This document shows positions 41,536 through 57,574 of a stretch of 64,000 nucleotides of DNA, piece by piece. The stretch is taken from positions 12,586,001-12,650,000 of the forward strand of contig NC_043023.1 of assembly GCF_006345805.1 (NCBI RefSeq), given 5' to 3'. The DNA is from Octopus sinensis (Eukaryota). Both the position numbers and the translations under genes were made by a program. The first letter of the stretch is position 1; each line of letters opens with the position of its first letter. The notes under the pieces are model-generated. The model did not search any database. It had not been told where the DNA came from and was given only the letters and a program-made list of their open reading frames with translations.

Positions 41536-42915
41536 CAAGAATTATGAATATTTTGTCTGCTAAAAGACAGGGTTTATTCCTCTTCAAGCTTGACATTATC
41601 AACTTCAGTTTCTTGGATGTCAACATGAAATTCATGAATCACAACTTCAATATCATTTATATATCTAAATATATTAACACAGAGATGACTTTGGTTTCTG
41701 AAGATGATTGTGCTGGATTTTTGAGGAATTTGTTTTGAGAGAATAAAGGAATGGGAATAAGGAATAAAAGTTTTAAGTGACATTGATTTTGTCTTTGTTG
41801 TGTTTTCATCATCATCATCCTCATCCTTCTTCTTCTTCTTTTTCTTCTCCTCCACCTCCTTCTTCTTCTTCTTCTTCTTCTTCTTCTCCTTCTTCTTCTT
41901 CTTCAGTGTTCATTTTCTTTGCATGCTTGGGTGGGAAAGTGTGACCTGAGCTGGCAAGCCAGAGTGCTGCTCCAGGTTCCGCTCAGATTTTGCTTGCTTT
42001 CTTTGGCTGTATCCCCTTAAGACGTCCATTGCGGTGAAAAACATTATGTGCCTTATGAATATGTCCCTCGTTTAAGAAACAGATTGGGTTTATTTACATT
42101 TGTGGAGAAATAAAGATAGCCTTCCCCCCACCCCTAAACCTAAAACAGATTGAAATGCAATAGATCAATACTAGGGTCATAATTATGGGTGACAATTTCA
42201 ACAAATCAATGACGTCTATTGAGGTGAAAACATTCTGTGCCGTATGAATATGTCCCTTGTTTAAGAAACAGATTGGGTTTATTTACATTTGTGGAGAAAT
42301 AAAGATAGCCTTCCCCCCACCCCTAATCCTAAAACAGATTGAAATGCAATAGATCGATACTAGGGTCATAATTATGGGTGACAATTTCATATGATACTGC
42401 AAGAAAAAACTGCCGTAAAACCGAAAAGATCCGAATGTGTGAGTACACTTTATTGAAAGAATCTTGTAAAAGTTTGAAAACTCTTGAAAGTGAAGTTCTT
42501 GACAGAAAGGGACAAAGAGGAAACTACAACGAATCTCACGAGTCACAGAAGAAAGACAACCATATGAAGAGAAATAACTTCTGCAACACTTTAACCCCGG
42601 TTCAACAGTTAAATTCTTAATTAAGGAGCTTAATTACTGCTTCACTGACTCGTTGCTTACTTGTGAATACGGTAAGTTGATAAAGATTTACTTTAAGGCT
42701 GTAATAGTGATAATACTACTACTACTACTAATAATAATAATAATGTGAATAATAGAATTCTGTGAACTTCTCTCGATGTTAGAGTAATTATTTATCGAAG
42801 CGGAAACCTGACAACAATTAAGAAAATATAATTTGCTCGTCTTAATTAATAACTTCCAAACTGAAATGTTGATCTGTTATTTATGAAAACCTTTGATTGA
42901 CAGTTCCATGCTTGT

Positions 42916-43313
42916 TCTCTCTTTCTCTTTCTCTTTTACTTGTTTCAGTCATTTGACTGCGGCCATGCTGGAGCTTCGCCTTTAATAGAGCATCTCGACC
43001 CCCGGGACTTATTCTTTTGTAAGCCCAGTACTTATTCTATCGGTCTCTTTTGCCGAACTGCTAAGTGACGGGGACATAGACGCACCAGCATCTAAGGGGA
43101 CAAACAAAAACACACAAGCACACACACACATGCATATATATACATCTATACGACGGGCTTCTTTCAGTTTCCGTCTGCCAAATCCACTCACAAGGCTTTG
43201 GTTGGCATGAGGCTATAGTAGAAAATACTTACCCAAGGTGACACGCAGTGGGACTGAACCTGCAACCATGTGGTTGGTAAGCAAGCTACTTACCACACAG
43301 CCACTCCTGCGCC
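42916..43313 (-). mobile_element. Same SINE, unit 6-7 spacer
   Basis: Same head, boxes, tail and right flank. Confidence 0.85.
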
Positions 43314-44104
43314 TATATGTATATTGTGATTACATTTTCTTTTGAGTTGTCATATTTTGTGCCACATCTTCTGGGTAATCGGTAGCCATCTTATTTCTGG
43401 TGCCACTACAATCTTTCTATTTTCAAGCCCCGCACTCAAGGGGGAGCCGTGTAGTGACACCTGGTCCCTGACGCCATTTTAGGATTTTCATCCACGCATG
43501 CACAGGGGTAAGAGCCTGCCGGAAGCCCCTTATGCACATGTGCAGTCATCAGCATCAGCTAAGCTTGACCGCTGTCCTCTCTCTCTCTTCGCCCCGGCTT
43601 CCAACCAAGCCGGACACAACTTCACCAGCTCTGTGTGGCTGGAATTCTGAAGGCGATCCATGACTTCAGCGAATCTGAGAAGTATGCCTTCACAATCGTG
43701 ATTAAACTGTCTCTGTTGCTTCTGCACCAAGGCGACCTAGCTACTGATTGTCCAGAGATGTAACGCTTGTACAGACAGAAAAATAAATATTGTTATTTGT
43801 TCAGAGATCCTTGTTCTATTGATTTTTTAATGGCTTTGTGGGGTGACTGGGGAAATGTGAAGATGTGCACGACCCACCTTGGACGGTTTTGAATGACCAT
43901 AGAAAGTGCGAGCCCTCTAACTGAAAAATTGTGGATGTGTATAAAGGACAAGCACACATTTGGCCATTTATATATAGAGAGATGTTGATGTAATTCAGCC
44001 TAAGGAGACATCTACAGCTGGCTACACGACATGATCTGTTTATATTCGCGAGTGCCCGTTCTGCATATTTTATTTGTTAGTATAAAATACTTTTAAAAAA
44101 TGGA

Positions 44105-44586
44105 AGACCCGGCAAAACCAGTGAGAACAGTCAAAATCAAAATCAAACCAAATCAATTCATATATCAGAAAGCAGAACCAAATTGAGGTCGATCAACATC
44201 AGTGGGAATTGCAGCTGTGGTTAAGCGAACCATCCGATCGTGGTCGTTTTCGGCGCTGCCCCGTCTAGCCTCCGTGTTGGTGGCACGTAAAAGCACCACC
44301 CGTTCGTGTACGTTGCCAGCCTCACCTGGCCCCCGTGCCGGTGACACGTAAAAGCACCATCCGTTCGTGGCCATTTGCCAGCTCTGGCTGGCCCCTGTGT
44401 CGTTGGCGCGTAATAAGCACTCACTACACTCACGGCGCGGTTGGTGTTAGGAAGGGCATCCAGCCGTAGGAACACTGCCAGATCTGACTGGTCTTGATGA
44501 AGCCTTCCAGCTTCACACACCCCAGTTGAACCGTCCAACCCATGCTAGCATGGAAAACGGACGCTAAATAATGATGATGATGATGA
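44105..44586 (+). mobile_element. Independent insertion of the same retroposon family into site TGGA^TGAATC
   Basis: Empty sites at ~5500, ~19784 and ~34690. Ends in (GAT)n. Confidence 0.8.
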
Positions 44587-45835
44587 TGAATCTTCCTCAT
44601 TTTCTGCAGATTTAAGAATTATCTTTTAAATCTATAGGTGAAAAGGTAAAAATCCCAGCGCTTCTCTATTTCTGTTCGTAATTGTGCATTATGTTGGGAG
44701 CGGCGCCATCTTTTCCCTCCCCGTTGTCATTGGAAGAATTAATCAACCTTCGAATATTGAACACACGACACTACATGCCATCCACTGACGGTTCTCTCAA
44801 AGTAGCAACTTAATTATACATGAGAGAAAATAGATCACTGTGATCATCATCATCATCATCGTTTAACGTCCGATTTCCATTCTAGCATCGGTTGCACGAT
44901 CTGATTGAGGACTGGCGAACTAGGAGGCAGCACCAGGCTCAAATCTGATCCGGCAGAGTTTCTACAGCTGGATGCCCTTCCTAACACCAACCAGCTGTAG
45001 AAACTCTACCAGATTAGATTGGAGCCTGGTGCTGCCATCTGGTTCGCCAACTGTTCTCTGGGAATAATGGGGATCCTTTCGGTTTGAACGGCAGGTTTTT
45101 AAATTTCTAGGTAACTAAAAAAATATTAAACTTCGTATATAGATAGAATGTATTTATAAGGCATCCTTTTCCTTGGCTGTATTGAGAAAATTCTGTAGTT
45201 TGTAACATATTTGTCGTTTTTTTTCTGCAATTTCAACCAATCAATGACGTCTATTGAGGTAAAAAAAAACATGTGCCTTATGAATATGTCCCTCGTTTAA
45301 GAAACAGATTGGGTTTATTTACATTTTTGAAGAAAAAATAGATACCCTTCCCCCACCCTAACCCTAACAGATTGAAATGCAATAGATCGATCCTATGGTC
45401 ATAATTATGGTGACAATTACATATGACACCGCTACAAAAAACTGCCGGTCAAACCGAAAAGATCCCTTTTTTTTTACACAAAGTAAATAATAAGGCGATG
45501 CTTCCATATATAAGTACGCACGTGACTTTGTTTACATTTGGGAAGATAACAGAAAGCCTTTTCTCCCCACTCCTAACCCTAACACGTGGAAATTATTTTA
45601 AAAAACTGCCGTTCAAACTGAAAAGTTCCAAAATATTTTACAAACTATAGAATTTTCTCAATAACGCCAAGAGAAAAAGATGTTTTATAAACACATTCTA
45701 CCAGTATACGAAGTTTAAAAGTGTTTAGTTACGTGGAAATTATTTTAAAAAACTGCCGGTCAAACCGAAAAGATCCCCAAAAGGTATCCAAGCATTGTTC
45801 TTTAGGTGAGAGAGAAGTGTGAAGGAAGAACAATG

Positions 45836-45994
45836 ATTGGACAGGAGAGAAAATGACGTCAGAAACGGATCGGAAGTGCAACGGCCTGACGTCACATCAG
45901 GAAGATATGAGTCAAAGATGCCTTCTTTCTTTCGGTGTCTGCGACGGGGTCCAGTTCGTGCGCTGGAAACGGTCGTAGATTAGAATATGTGAGT
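45836..45994 (+). promoter_or_regulatory. Putative ZNF7 promoter and first exon
   Basis: Same motifs. Donor 45989, acceptor ending 48121. Confidence 0.7.
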
Positions 45995-46634
45995 GTATAT
46001 ATTCTATATTACCTTGAAGGTAAAACCGTTGACAGAATGGGACAAAGAAGACACCGGAACGAAACGAACCAGTCATAGAAAATTGAAGTACTATAATCAT
46101 ATAAAGGGATATAACTTTCCTTAATGAATTAATTAAGGTGCTTAATTAACGATCACTGACTCGTTGTTCGTATCTGAATACGGTAAGTTGACAAATATTT
46201 ATTTTAAGGCTGTAATGATGATGATGATGATACCATTAATGATAAGGTACTACTAGCGAATAGTGGTCCCGGTGCGCGCACTCGCGTTAGCTAGTCGTAA
46301 GTAGTCGAATCTACAATTTTTAAAACTAAGTAAATACATTATTTTTGTAAACAAACTAAGGTTAGGGTTAAAAAGTCGTAGGATCAACTACATACGACTA
46401 GCTAGCACGGATGCGCGAGTGAGCGCACCTGGACCACTGTTCGCTAGTAGTACCGCGCACCTCTCCAAGATAATGACGCTTACTTGTGAGAAAAAGTTAG
46501 GAAATGGGAAATATATCCAGAATACATAAAGTATGGAGGAAATTAGAAAGATTAATCTATTTTTTAAATATTTTATACTAAAAAATAAAATACGGAGAAC
46601 GGGCACTCGCGAATATAAACAAACATACAAGGGT

Positions 46635-46908
46635 GTAAGAGTTAGCAGTTCCTTCTCTAAGCTTGGATTCGAAATCGAATCCAAGAATCATCGGTCGTCA
46701 AATACCAATGCATGTATAGGCGCGAAATTAAGAATCCCTTTGTTCTGACAAAAACTGATTGATCATCTCCCTTTGACCTCCGACCTGAGCAATGTCAGGA
46801 CAAAGGGATTCTTAATTTCGCGCCTATACATGCATTGGTATTTGACGACCGAAGATTCTTGGACTCGATTTCGAATCCAAGCTTAGGGAAGGAAGTGCTA
46901 ACTCTTAC
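46635..46908. mobile_element. 274-bp foldback MITE: 116-bp TIRs, 42-bp spacer, AAGGGT target duplication
   Basis: GTAAGAGTTAGC...GCTAACTCTTAC flanked by AAGGGT. The empty site ATAAGGGTAC is seen in units 2-6. Confidence 0.9.
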
Positions 46909-48951
46909 AAGGGTACTATTTAAGAAGAGAGGTCCCGGTGCGCGCATCCGCAGAAGCTAGTCGTGACTAGTCGATCCTTACTTTGTATTTTTGTTTTATT
47001 TACTTTGTTTTAAAAAAATGAGCGTAACTTCGGTATAGGTACCGGAAGTACCAGATACATTTCAAGATAGTGTATTTTTTCTTCTATATGGGGGGTTGTG
47101 GTTAAGGTTTGTGTTAGGGGTGGGAGAAAAGGGTTTCTGTTATCTTCAGAAATGTAAACAAAGCCACTCACGGTACCTATACCGAAGGATCACAAAAAAA
47201 TTATTTACTTTGTGTAAAAAAAAATTATTTTTTTTTGTGTTTTATTTACTTTGCTAGGTAGTCGTTGTAGGATCGACTAGTCACGACTAACTATCGCGAG
47301 TCTGCGCACCGGGACCGCTCTTTTTAAATAGTACCGGAGAAAATTAGAACGAGTAATCTATTTTTTTAACTATTTTACACTAAAAATAAAATACGCAGAA
47401 CGGGCACTCGCGAATATAAACAAACATGTATGTACGTATACGTATGTATTTATGCATATATATGTATTATTATGTATACATATATGTGTGTGTGTAAGGG
47501 TGAAAGAAATTGAATATTAATTAATAACATCAATTTCGTATGGATTTTGGCGTTTGGTTCAGCAAATTATGTTTTTGATATACTCTACCTATGATTCGAA
47601 ATTGATTTGTAAGTAAAATTACACAATCTATTAATGATGAAACAATTGTATAGAGTTAATCCATTTTTTCGTTATTTTTCATTTGTCCTGCCCGCTTACA
47701 TTCTTGGCGTGTTGAATTAATGCTTGAGAACAATTCTTTAGTGGTGGATTCCCTTTGTGGATCTATTTCTAACGTTAGGGTGACCACATGTGGTCCCTCT
47801 CTTAATACTTGTATATATATATATATGTGTGTGTGTGTATACAAATATATTTGTAGTGAATCTTGCACGCATGAAGTAGATTGGATCCATCCTTGCCAAA
47901 ATTTTAATTAACCCTTCACCAAAATTTTTCCCACAGCAGAACAATAGAGAAATCTCTATAGAGAATGTTGTAAAAGTTTCAATGCCTCAATGGATTCTGA
48001 CCCCTGCAAACATAGACATTAAATGGATGACAGTGTTGATGTTGTAAGATTTGCAATGTTGAATTACTATGTCGTTTAATGATTCTCTTTATCTCACTGC
48101 TTCTTTTTTTTCCTATTTCAGAATATAACATCCTGTTGATATGAAAGAAATTACTTCATTCAGATGTGCCTCTGATATTTTATCAGCTCCCATCAACCAA
48201 AGGAAGATGATATATTTATAAGGAGCATTCATCAATACATCAAACTCATCTTATAAAGGAAATCTGTGAAAAACAACAGCAAAATATTTCTTCTGGACGA
48301 TGGAATTAACAGCAACAATTTGAAGTCTTTGCTGTCTGGAATATAGAGGAGATGATTGTTTTACAGGTTAATTAAGCTTGGATAACTTTACAAAGGGGTA
48401 GACAATTGTCACCTCTTGATTTAGATATTAAGCAAAATCACAGATGAAAGAAGCATAGCATTAAATTATTCTCTGAAAATAGCAACACAAATATATTCAT
48501 AGAAATGAATTTTTTTCCTGTTTCAGAATATCATACCATGTTGATTTGAAAGAAATTTCTTCATTCAGATGTGTGTCTGTTATTTTGATTGACTTTCATC
48601 AATTAAAGGAAGACCATATATTCATAAGGCACACTCATCAAAAGATCAGCTTCTTTATATAAATAAAATCTTTTACGAACGATGGGGAAATATTTCTTCT
48701 GGATGATGGAATTAAGAGCAACATTTTTTTTGTCATCTGGAATGTAGAGATGATGATGAACCTACAGGTTAAGTTTGAGTAACTTTACAAAAGAGTTAAC
48801 CAATTTATATCTTCTGTTTAGATATTAAGCAAGATCACCAATGAAAGTAACATAACATTTAATTACTCTCTGATGCATTTGAACACAAACATTCATAGAA
48901 ATGACACAGATACTATCATTGTGATATGTATAACGAAATTATTCTCTCATA

Positions 48952-50767
<1,816 letters not shown>

Positions 50768-50792
50768 TCGTATCAATATCAAAATTTATTAC

Positions 50793-51289
50793 AACCCGGC
50801 AGGACAAGTGAGACCATAATCCATGGCCTCTACCTGGAATGTAGCCAGTCCACTTATGCATACCTTTCCTTCTTGGGACACAAAACTCTACTTGTGGATA
50901 CCTGTTGAGGGAAGGGAGAATCAGAATCAAAGTCGAAATAAATCAACATTAATGGAAATTGTAGCCGTGATACCAGTGCTGGTGGGACGTAAAGAGCAAC
51001 ATTCGAACGTGGCCGTTGCCAGCAGCGTCCCAACTGGCTTCCGAGCCGGTGGCACGTAAGAAGCACCGACCGATCGTGGCCGCTGCCAGCCTCTCCTGGC
51101 CCTTGTGCCCGTGGCACGTAAAAAGCATCCACTACATTCACAGAGTGGTTGGCGTTAAGGAAGGGCATCCAGCTGAAGAAACACTGCCAGATCAGACTGC
51201 AACCTGGTGCAGCCTCCTGGCTTCCCAGACCCCAGTCAACCGTCCAACCCATGCTAGCAGGGAAAACAGATGTTATACAATGATGATGA
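50793..51289 (+). mobile_element. Retroposon 3' tail after ZNF7
   Basis: Same family. Confidence 0.75.
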
Positions 51290-51402
51290 GGAGGATTCTC
51301 TATTGTTTCCTGTGACAGACAGCTGTTCTTTTGTGTACTGGACATTTTCAATGTTTTGTTATTAAACATTTTGTAAAAATAAAATTTTTTGTGCATGCTT
51401 AT

Positions 51403-51799
51403 TCTCTCTTTCTCTTTCTCTTTTACTTGTTTCAGTCATTTGACTGTGGCCATGCTGGAGCTCCGCCTTTAATAGAGCATCTCGACCCCGGGACTTATTC
51501 TTTTGTAAGCCCAGTACTTATTCTATCGGTCTGTTTTGCCGAACTGCTAAGTGACGGGGACATAGACACACCAGCATCGATTGTCAAGCAATGCTAGGGG
51601 GACAAACACAAACACATTCATATATATACATCTATACAACAGGCTTCTTTTAGTTTCCGTCTATCAAATCCACTCACAAGGCTTTTGTCGGCCTGAGGCT
51701 ATAGTAGAAGATACTTACCCAATGTGACACGCAGTGGGACTGAACCTGAAACCATGTGTTTGGTAAGCAAGCTACTTACCACACAGCCACTCCTGCGCC
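51403..51799 (-). mobile_element. Same SINE, unit 7-8 spacer
   Basis: Same head, boxes, tail and flanks. Confidence 0.85.
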
Positions 51800-52581
51800 T
51801 ATATGTATATTGTGATTACATTTTCTTTTGTGTTGTCATATTTTGTGCCACATCTTCTGGGTAATCGGTAGCCATCTTATTTCTGGTGTCACTACAATCA
51901 TTCTATTTTCATGCTCCGCACTAAAGGGGGAGCCTTGTAGTGACGCCATTTTAGGATTTTCATCCACGCATGCACAGGGTAAGAGCCTGCCGGAAGCCCC
52001 TTATGCACATGTGCAGTCATCAGCATCAGCTAGGCTTGACCACTGTCCTCTCTCTCTCTTCGCCCCGGCTTCCAACCAAGCCGGACGCAACTTGACCAGC
52101 TCAGTGTGGCTGGAATTCTGAAGGCGATCCATAACTTCAGCGAATCTGAGAAGTATGCCTTCACAATCGTGATTAAACTGTCTCTGCTGTTTCCGCACCA
52201 AGGCGACCTAGCTACTGATTGTCCAGAGATGTAACGCTTGTACAGACAGAAAAATAAATGTTATTTGTTCAGAGATCCTTGTTCTATTGATTTTTTAATG
52301 GCTTTGCGGGGTGACTGGGGTAATGTAAAGATGTGTACGACCACCCTTGGACGGTTTTGAATGACCATAGAAAGTGCGAGCCCTCTAACTGAAAAATTGT
52401 GGATTTGTATAAAGGACAGGCACACACAGACAGACATTTGGCCATTTATATATAGAGAGATGTTGATGTAATTCAGCCTAAGGAGACATCTACAGCTGGC
52501 TTCACGACATGATCTGTTTATATTCGCGAGTGCCCGTTCTCCATATTTTATTTGTTAGTATAAAATACTTTTAAAAATGGA

Positions 52582-53102
52582 AGACTTAGCAAGACCAGTG
52601 AGAACAGTCAAAATCAAAATCAAAGCAAATCAATTCATATATCAGAAAGCAGAACCAAATTGAGGTCGATCAACATCAGTGGGAAGTGCAGCTGTGGTTA
52701 AGCGAACCATCCGATCGTGGTCGTTTCCGGCCCCGCCCCGTCTAGCCTCCGTGTCGGTGACACGTAAAAGCACCATCCGTTCATGGCCGTTTGCCAGCTC
52801 TGTCTGGCCCCCGTGTTGGTAACACATAAAAGCACCATCCGTTTGTGGCCGTTTGCTAGCTCTGTCTGGCCACCGTGTCGGTGGCACGTAAAAGCACCAT
52901 CCGTTCATGACCGTCTGCCAGCTCTTTCTGGCACCTGTGCGGGTGGCACGTAAAAAGCACCCACTACAGTCACGGAGTGGTTGGCGTTAGGAAGGGCATC
53001 CAGATCTGAATGGGCTTGATGAAGCCTTCTAGATTCACAGACCCCAGTTGAACCGTCCAACACATGCTAGCATGGAAAGCGGACGCTAAATGATGATGAT
53101 GA
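52582..53102 (+). mobile_element. Orthologous copy of the 44105 insertion
   Basis: Same flanks, one more internal repeat. Confidence 0.8.
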
Positions 53103-54146
53103 TGAATCTTCCTAATTTTCTGCAGATTTAAGAATTATCTTTTAAATCTGTAGGTCAAAAGGTAAAAATCCCAGCGCTTCTCTATTTCCTTTCGTAATTG
53201 TGCATTATGTTGGGAGCGGGGCCATCTTTTCCTTCCCCATTGTCATTGGAAGAATTAATCAACCTTCGAATATCGAACACACGACACTACATTCCATCCA
53301 CTGACGGTTCTCTCAAAGTAGCAACTTAATTATACATGAGAGAAAATAGATCACTGTGATCATCATCATCATCATCGTTTAACGTCCGATTTCCATTCTA
53401 GCATTGGTTGCACGATTTGATTGAGGACTGGCGAACCAAGTGGCAACACCAGGCTCCAATCTGATCTGGCAGAGTTACTACAGCTGGATGCCCTTCCTAA
53501 CACCAACCAGCTGTAGAAACTCTACCAGATCAGATTAGAGCCTGGTGCAGCCATCTGGTTCGACAACTGTTCTCTGGGAATAATGGGGATCATTTCGGTT
53601 TGAACAGCAGGTTTTAAAATTTCTAGGTAACTAAAAAAATTTTAAACTTCGTATACAGATAGAATGTATTTATAAAGCATCTTTTTCGTTGGCTCTATTG
53701 AAAATTCTGTAGTTTGTAACATATTTGTTGTTTTTATTTCTGCAATTCCAAGCAATCAATGACGTCTATTGAGGTAAAAAAAAAAACATTATGTGCCTTA
53801 TGAATATGTCCCTCGTTTAAAAAACAGATTGGGTTTATTTACATTTTGAAGAAAAAAAGATACACTTCCTCCACCCCTAACACTAACACTGATTGAAATG
53901 CAATAGATCGATACTAGGGTCATAATTATGGGTGACAATTTCATATGACACCGCTACAAAAAACTGCCGGTCAAACCGAAAAGATCCTTTTCTTTTTACA
54001 CAAAGTAAATAATAAGGCGATGCTTCCATATATAAGTACGCACGTGACTTTGTTTACATTTGTGAAGATAACAGAAAGCCTTTTCTCCCCACTTCTAACC
54101 CTAACACGTGGAAATCATTTTAAAAAGCTGCCGTTCAAACCGAAAA

Positions 54147-55616
54147 GATCCCAAATATCTTCCACACTGTAGAATTTTCTCAATGAAGCCAAGAGAAACA
54201 GATGTTTTATAAACACATTCTACTAGTATACGAAGTTTAAAAGTGTTTAGTTACGTGGAAATTATTTTCAAAAACTGCCGTTCAAACCGAAAAGATCCCA
54301 AATATCTTACAAACTATAGAATTTTCTCAATAAAGCCAAGAGAAAAAGATGTTTTATAAACACATTCTACCAGTATACGAAGTTTAAAAGTGTTTAGTTA
54401 CGTGGAAATTATTTTAAAAAACTGCCGGTCAATCCGAAAAGATCCCAAATATCTTACAAACCATAGAATTTTCTCAATAAAGCCAAGAGAAAAAGATGTT
54501 TTATAAACACATTCTACCAGTATACGAAGTTTAAAAGTGTTTAGTTACGTGGAAATTATTTTAAAAAACTGCCGGTCAATCCGAAAAGATCCCAAATATC
54601 TTACAAACCATAGAATTTTCTCAATAAAGCCAAGAGAAAAAGATGTTTTATAAACACATTCTACCAGTATACGAAGTTTAAAAGTGTTTAGTTACGTGGA
54701 AATTATTTTAAAAAACTGCCGGTCAATCCGAAAAGATCCCAAATATCTTACAAACCATAGAATTTTCTCAATAAAGCCAAGAGAAAAAGATGTTTTATAA
54801 ACACATTCTACCAGTATACGAAGTTTAAAAGTGTTTAGTTACGTGGAAATTATTTTAAAAAACTGCCGGTCAAACCGAAAAGATCCCAAATATCTTACAA
54901 ACCATAGAATTTTCTCAATAAAGCCAAGAGAAAAAGATGTTTTATAAACACATTCTACCAGTATACGAAGTTTAAAAGTGTTTAGTTACGTGGAAATTAT
55001 TTTAAAAAACTGCCGGTCAATCCGAAAAGATCCCAAATATCTTACAAACCATAGAATTTTCTCAATAAAGCCAAGAGAAAAAGATGTTTTATAAACACAT
55101 TCTACCAGTATACGAAGTTTAAAAGTGTTTAGTTACGTGGAAATTATTTTAAAAAACTGCCGGTCAATCCGAAAAGATCCCAAATATCTTACAAACCATA
55201 GAATTTTCTCAATAAAGCCAAGAGAAAAAGATGTTTTATAAACACATTCTACCAGTATACGAAGTTTAAAAGTGTTTAGTTACGTGGAAATTATTTTAAA
55301 AAACTGCCGGTCAAACCGAAAAGATCCCAAATATCTTACAAACCATAGAATTTTCTCAATAAAGCCAAGAGAAAAAGATGTTTTATAAACACATTCTACC
55401 AGTATACGAAGTTTAAAAGTGTTTAGTTACGTGGAAATTATTTTAAAAAACTGCCGGTCAATCCGAAAAGATCCCAAATATCTTACAAACCATAGAATTT
55501 TCTCAATAAAGCCAAGAGAAAAAGATGTTTTATAAACACATTCTACCAGTATACGAAGTTTAAAAGTGTTTAGTTACGTGGAAATTATTTTAAAAAACTG
55601 CCGGTCAAACCGAAAA
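54147..55616 (+). repeat. Tandem array of ten 147-bp monomers derived from the MITE C terminus
   Basis: GATCC anchors at 54147, 54294, 54441, 54588, 54735, 54882, 55029, 55176, 55323, 55470 and 55617. Confidence 0.95.
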
Positions 55617-55680
55617 GATCCCCAAAAGGTATCCAAGCATTGTTCTTTAGATGAGAGAGAAGTGTGAAGGAAGGACAATG

Positions 55681-55839
55681 ATTGGACAGGAGAGAAAATG
55701 ACGTCAGAAACGGATCGGAAGTGCAACGGCCTGACGTCACATCAGGAAGATATAAGTCAAAGATGCCTTCTTTCTTTCGGTGTCTGCGACGGGGTCCAGT
55801 TCGTGCGCTGGAAACGGTCGTAGATTAGAATATGTGAGT
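55681..55839 (+). promoter_or_regulatory. Putative ZNF8 promoter and first exon
   Basis: Same motifs. Donor 55834, acceptor ending 57848. Confidence 0.7.
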
Positions 55840-56438
55840 GTATATATTCTATATTACCTTGAAGGTAAAATCGTTGACAGAATGGGACAAAGAAGACACC
55901 GGAACGAAACGAACCAGTCATAGAAAATTGAAGAACTATAACCATATAAAGGGATATAACTTTCCTTAATTAATTAATTAAGGTGCTTAATTAACGATCG
56001 CTGACTCGTTGTTTGTATCTGAATACGGTAAGTTGACAAAGATTTATTTTAAGGCTGTAATGATGATGATAAGGTACTACTAGCGAACAGAGCTTGCTAT
56101 CGTAAGTAGTCGATCCTACAATTTTTAAAACGAAGTAAAACATTATTTTTGTAAACAAACTAAGGTTAGGGTTTAAAAGTCGCAGGATCGACTACATACG
56201 ACTAGCTTGCACGAATGCGCGAGTGCGCGCACCTGGACCACTGTTCGCTAGTAGTACCGCGCACCTCTCCAAGATAATGACGCTTACTTGTGAGAAAAAG
56301 TTAGGAAATGGGAAATATATCCAGAATACATAAAGTATGGAGAAAATTAGAAAGATTAATCTATTTTTTAAATATTTTATACTAAAAAATAAAATACGGA
56401 GAACGGGCACTCGCGAATATAAACAAACATACAAGGGT

Positions 56439-56712
56439 GTAAGAGTTAGCAGTTCCTTCTCTAAGCTTGGATTCGAAATCGAATCCAAGAATCATCGGTC
56501 GTCAAATACCAATGCATGTATAGGCGCGAAATTAAGAATCCCTTTGTTCTGACAAAAACTGATTGATCATCTCCCTTTGACCTCCGACCTGAGCAATGTC
56601 AGGACAAAGGGATTCTTAATTTCGCGCCTATACATGCATTGGTATTTGACGACCGATGATTCTTGGACTCGATTTCGAATCCAAGCTTAGAGAAGGAACT
56701 GCTAACTCTTAC
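56439..56712. mobile_element. Same foldback MITE, unit 8 intron
   Basis: Same site and TSD. Confidence 0.9.
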
Positions 56713-57540
56713 AAGGGTACTATTTAAGAAGAGAGGTCCAGGTGCGCGCATCCGCAGTAGCTAGTCGTGACTAGTCGATCCTTACTTTGTATTTTTGTTT
56801 TATTTACTTTGTTTTAAAAAAATTATATTCTTTGTTTGAAAAAATGAGCGTAACTTCGGTATAGGTACCGGAAGTACCAGATACATTTCAAGAAAGTGTC
56901 TTTTTTTCTTATATATGGGGGGTTTCGAAGGATCGCCAAAAAATTATTTATTTTGTGTTTTATTTACTTTGCTAGGTAGTCGTTGTAGGATCGACTAGTC
57001 ACGACTAACTAGCTCGAGTGCGCTCACCGGGACCACTCTTTTAAAATCGTACCGGAGAAAATTAGAACGATTAATCTAATTTTTTAACCATTTTATACTA
57101 AAAAATAAATACGCAGAACGGGCACTCGCGAATATAAACAAACATGTATGTACGTATACGTATGTATTTATGCATATATATGTATTATTATGTATACATA
57201 TATGTGTGTGTGTAAGGGTGAAAGAAATTGAATATTAATTAATAACATCAATTTCGTATGGATTTTGGCGTTTGGTTCAGCAAATTATGTTTTTGATATA
57301 CTCTACCGATGATTCGAAAATGATTTGTAAGTAAAATTACACAATCTATTAACGATGAAACAATTGTATAGAGTTAATCCATTTTTTCGTTATTTTTCAT
57401 CTGTCCTGCCCGCTTACATTGTTGGCGTGTTGAATTAATGCTTGAGAACAATTCTTTGGTGGTGGATTCCCTTTGCGGATCTATTTCTAGCGTTAGAGTG
57501 ACCACATGTGGTCCTTCTCTTATTACTTGTATGTATATAC

Positions 57541-57574
<34 letters not shown>

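Noticed and set aside
54147-55616. CRISPR-like array
   Set aside because: The monomers are contiguous with no unique spacers, there are no cas genes, and the context is eukaryotic.
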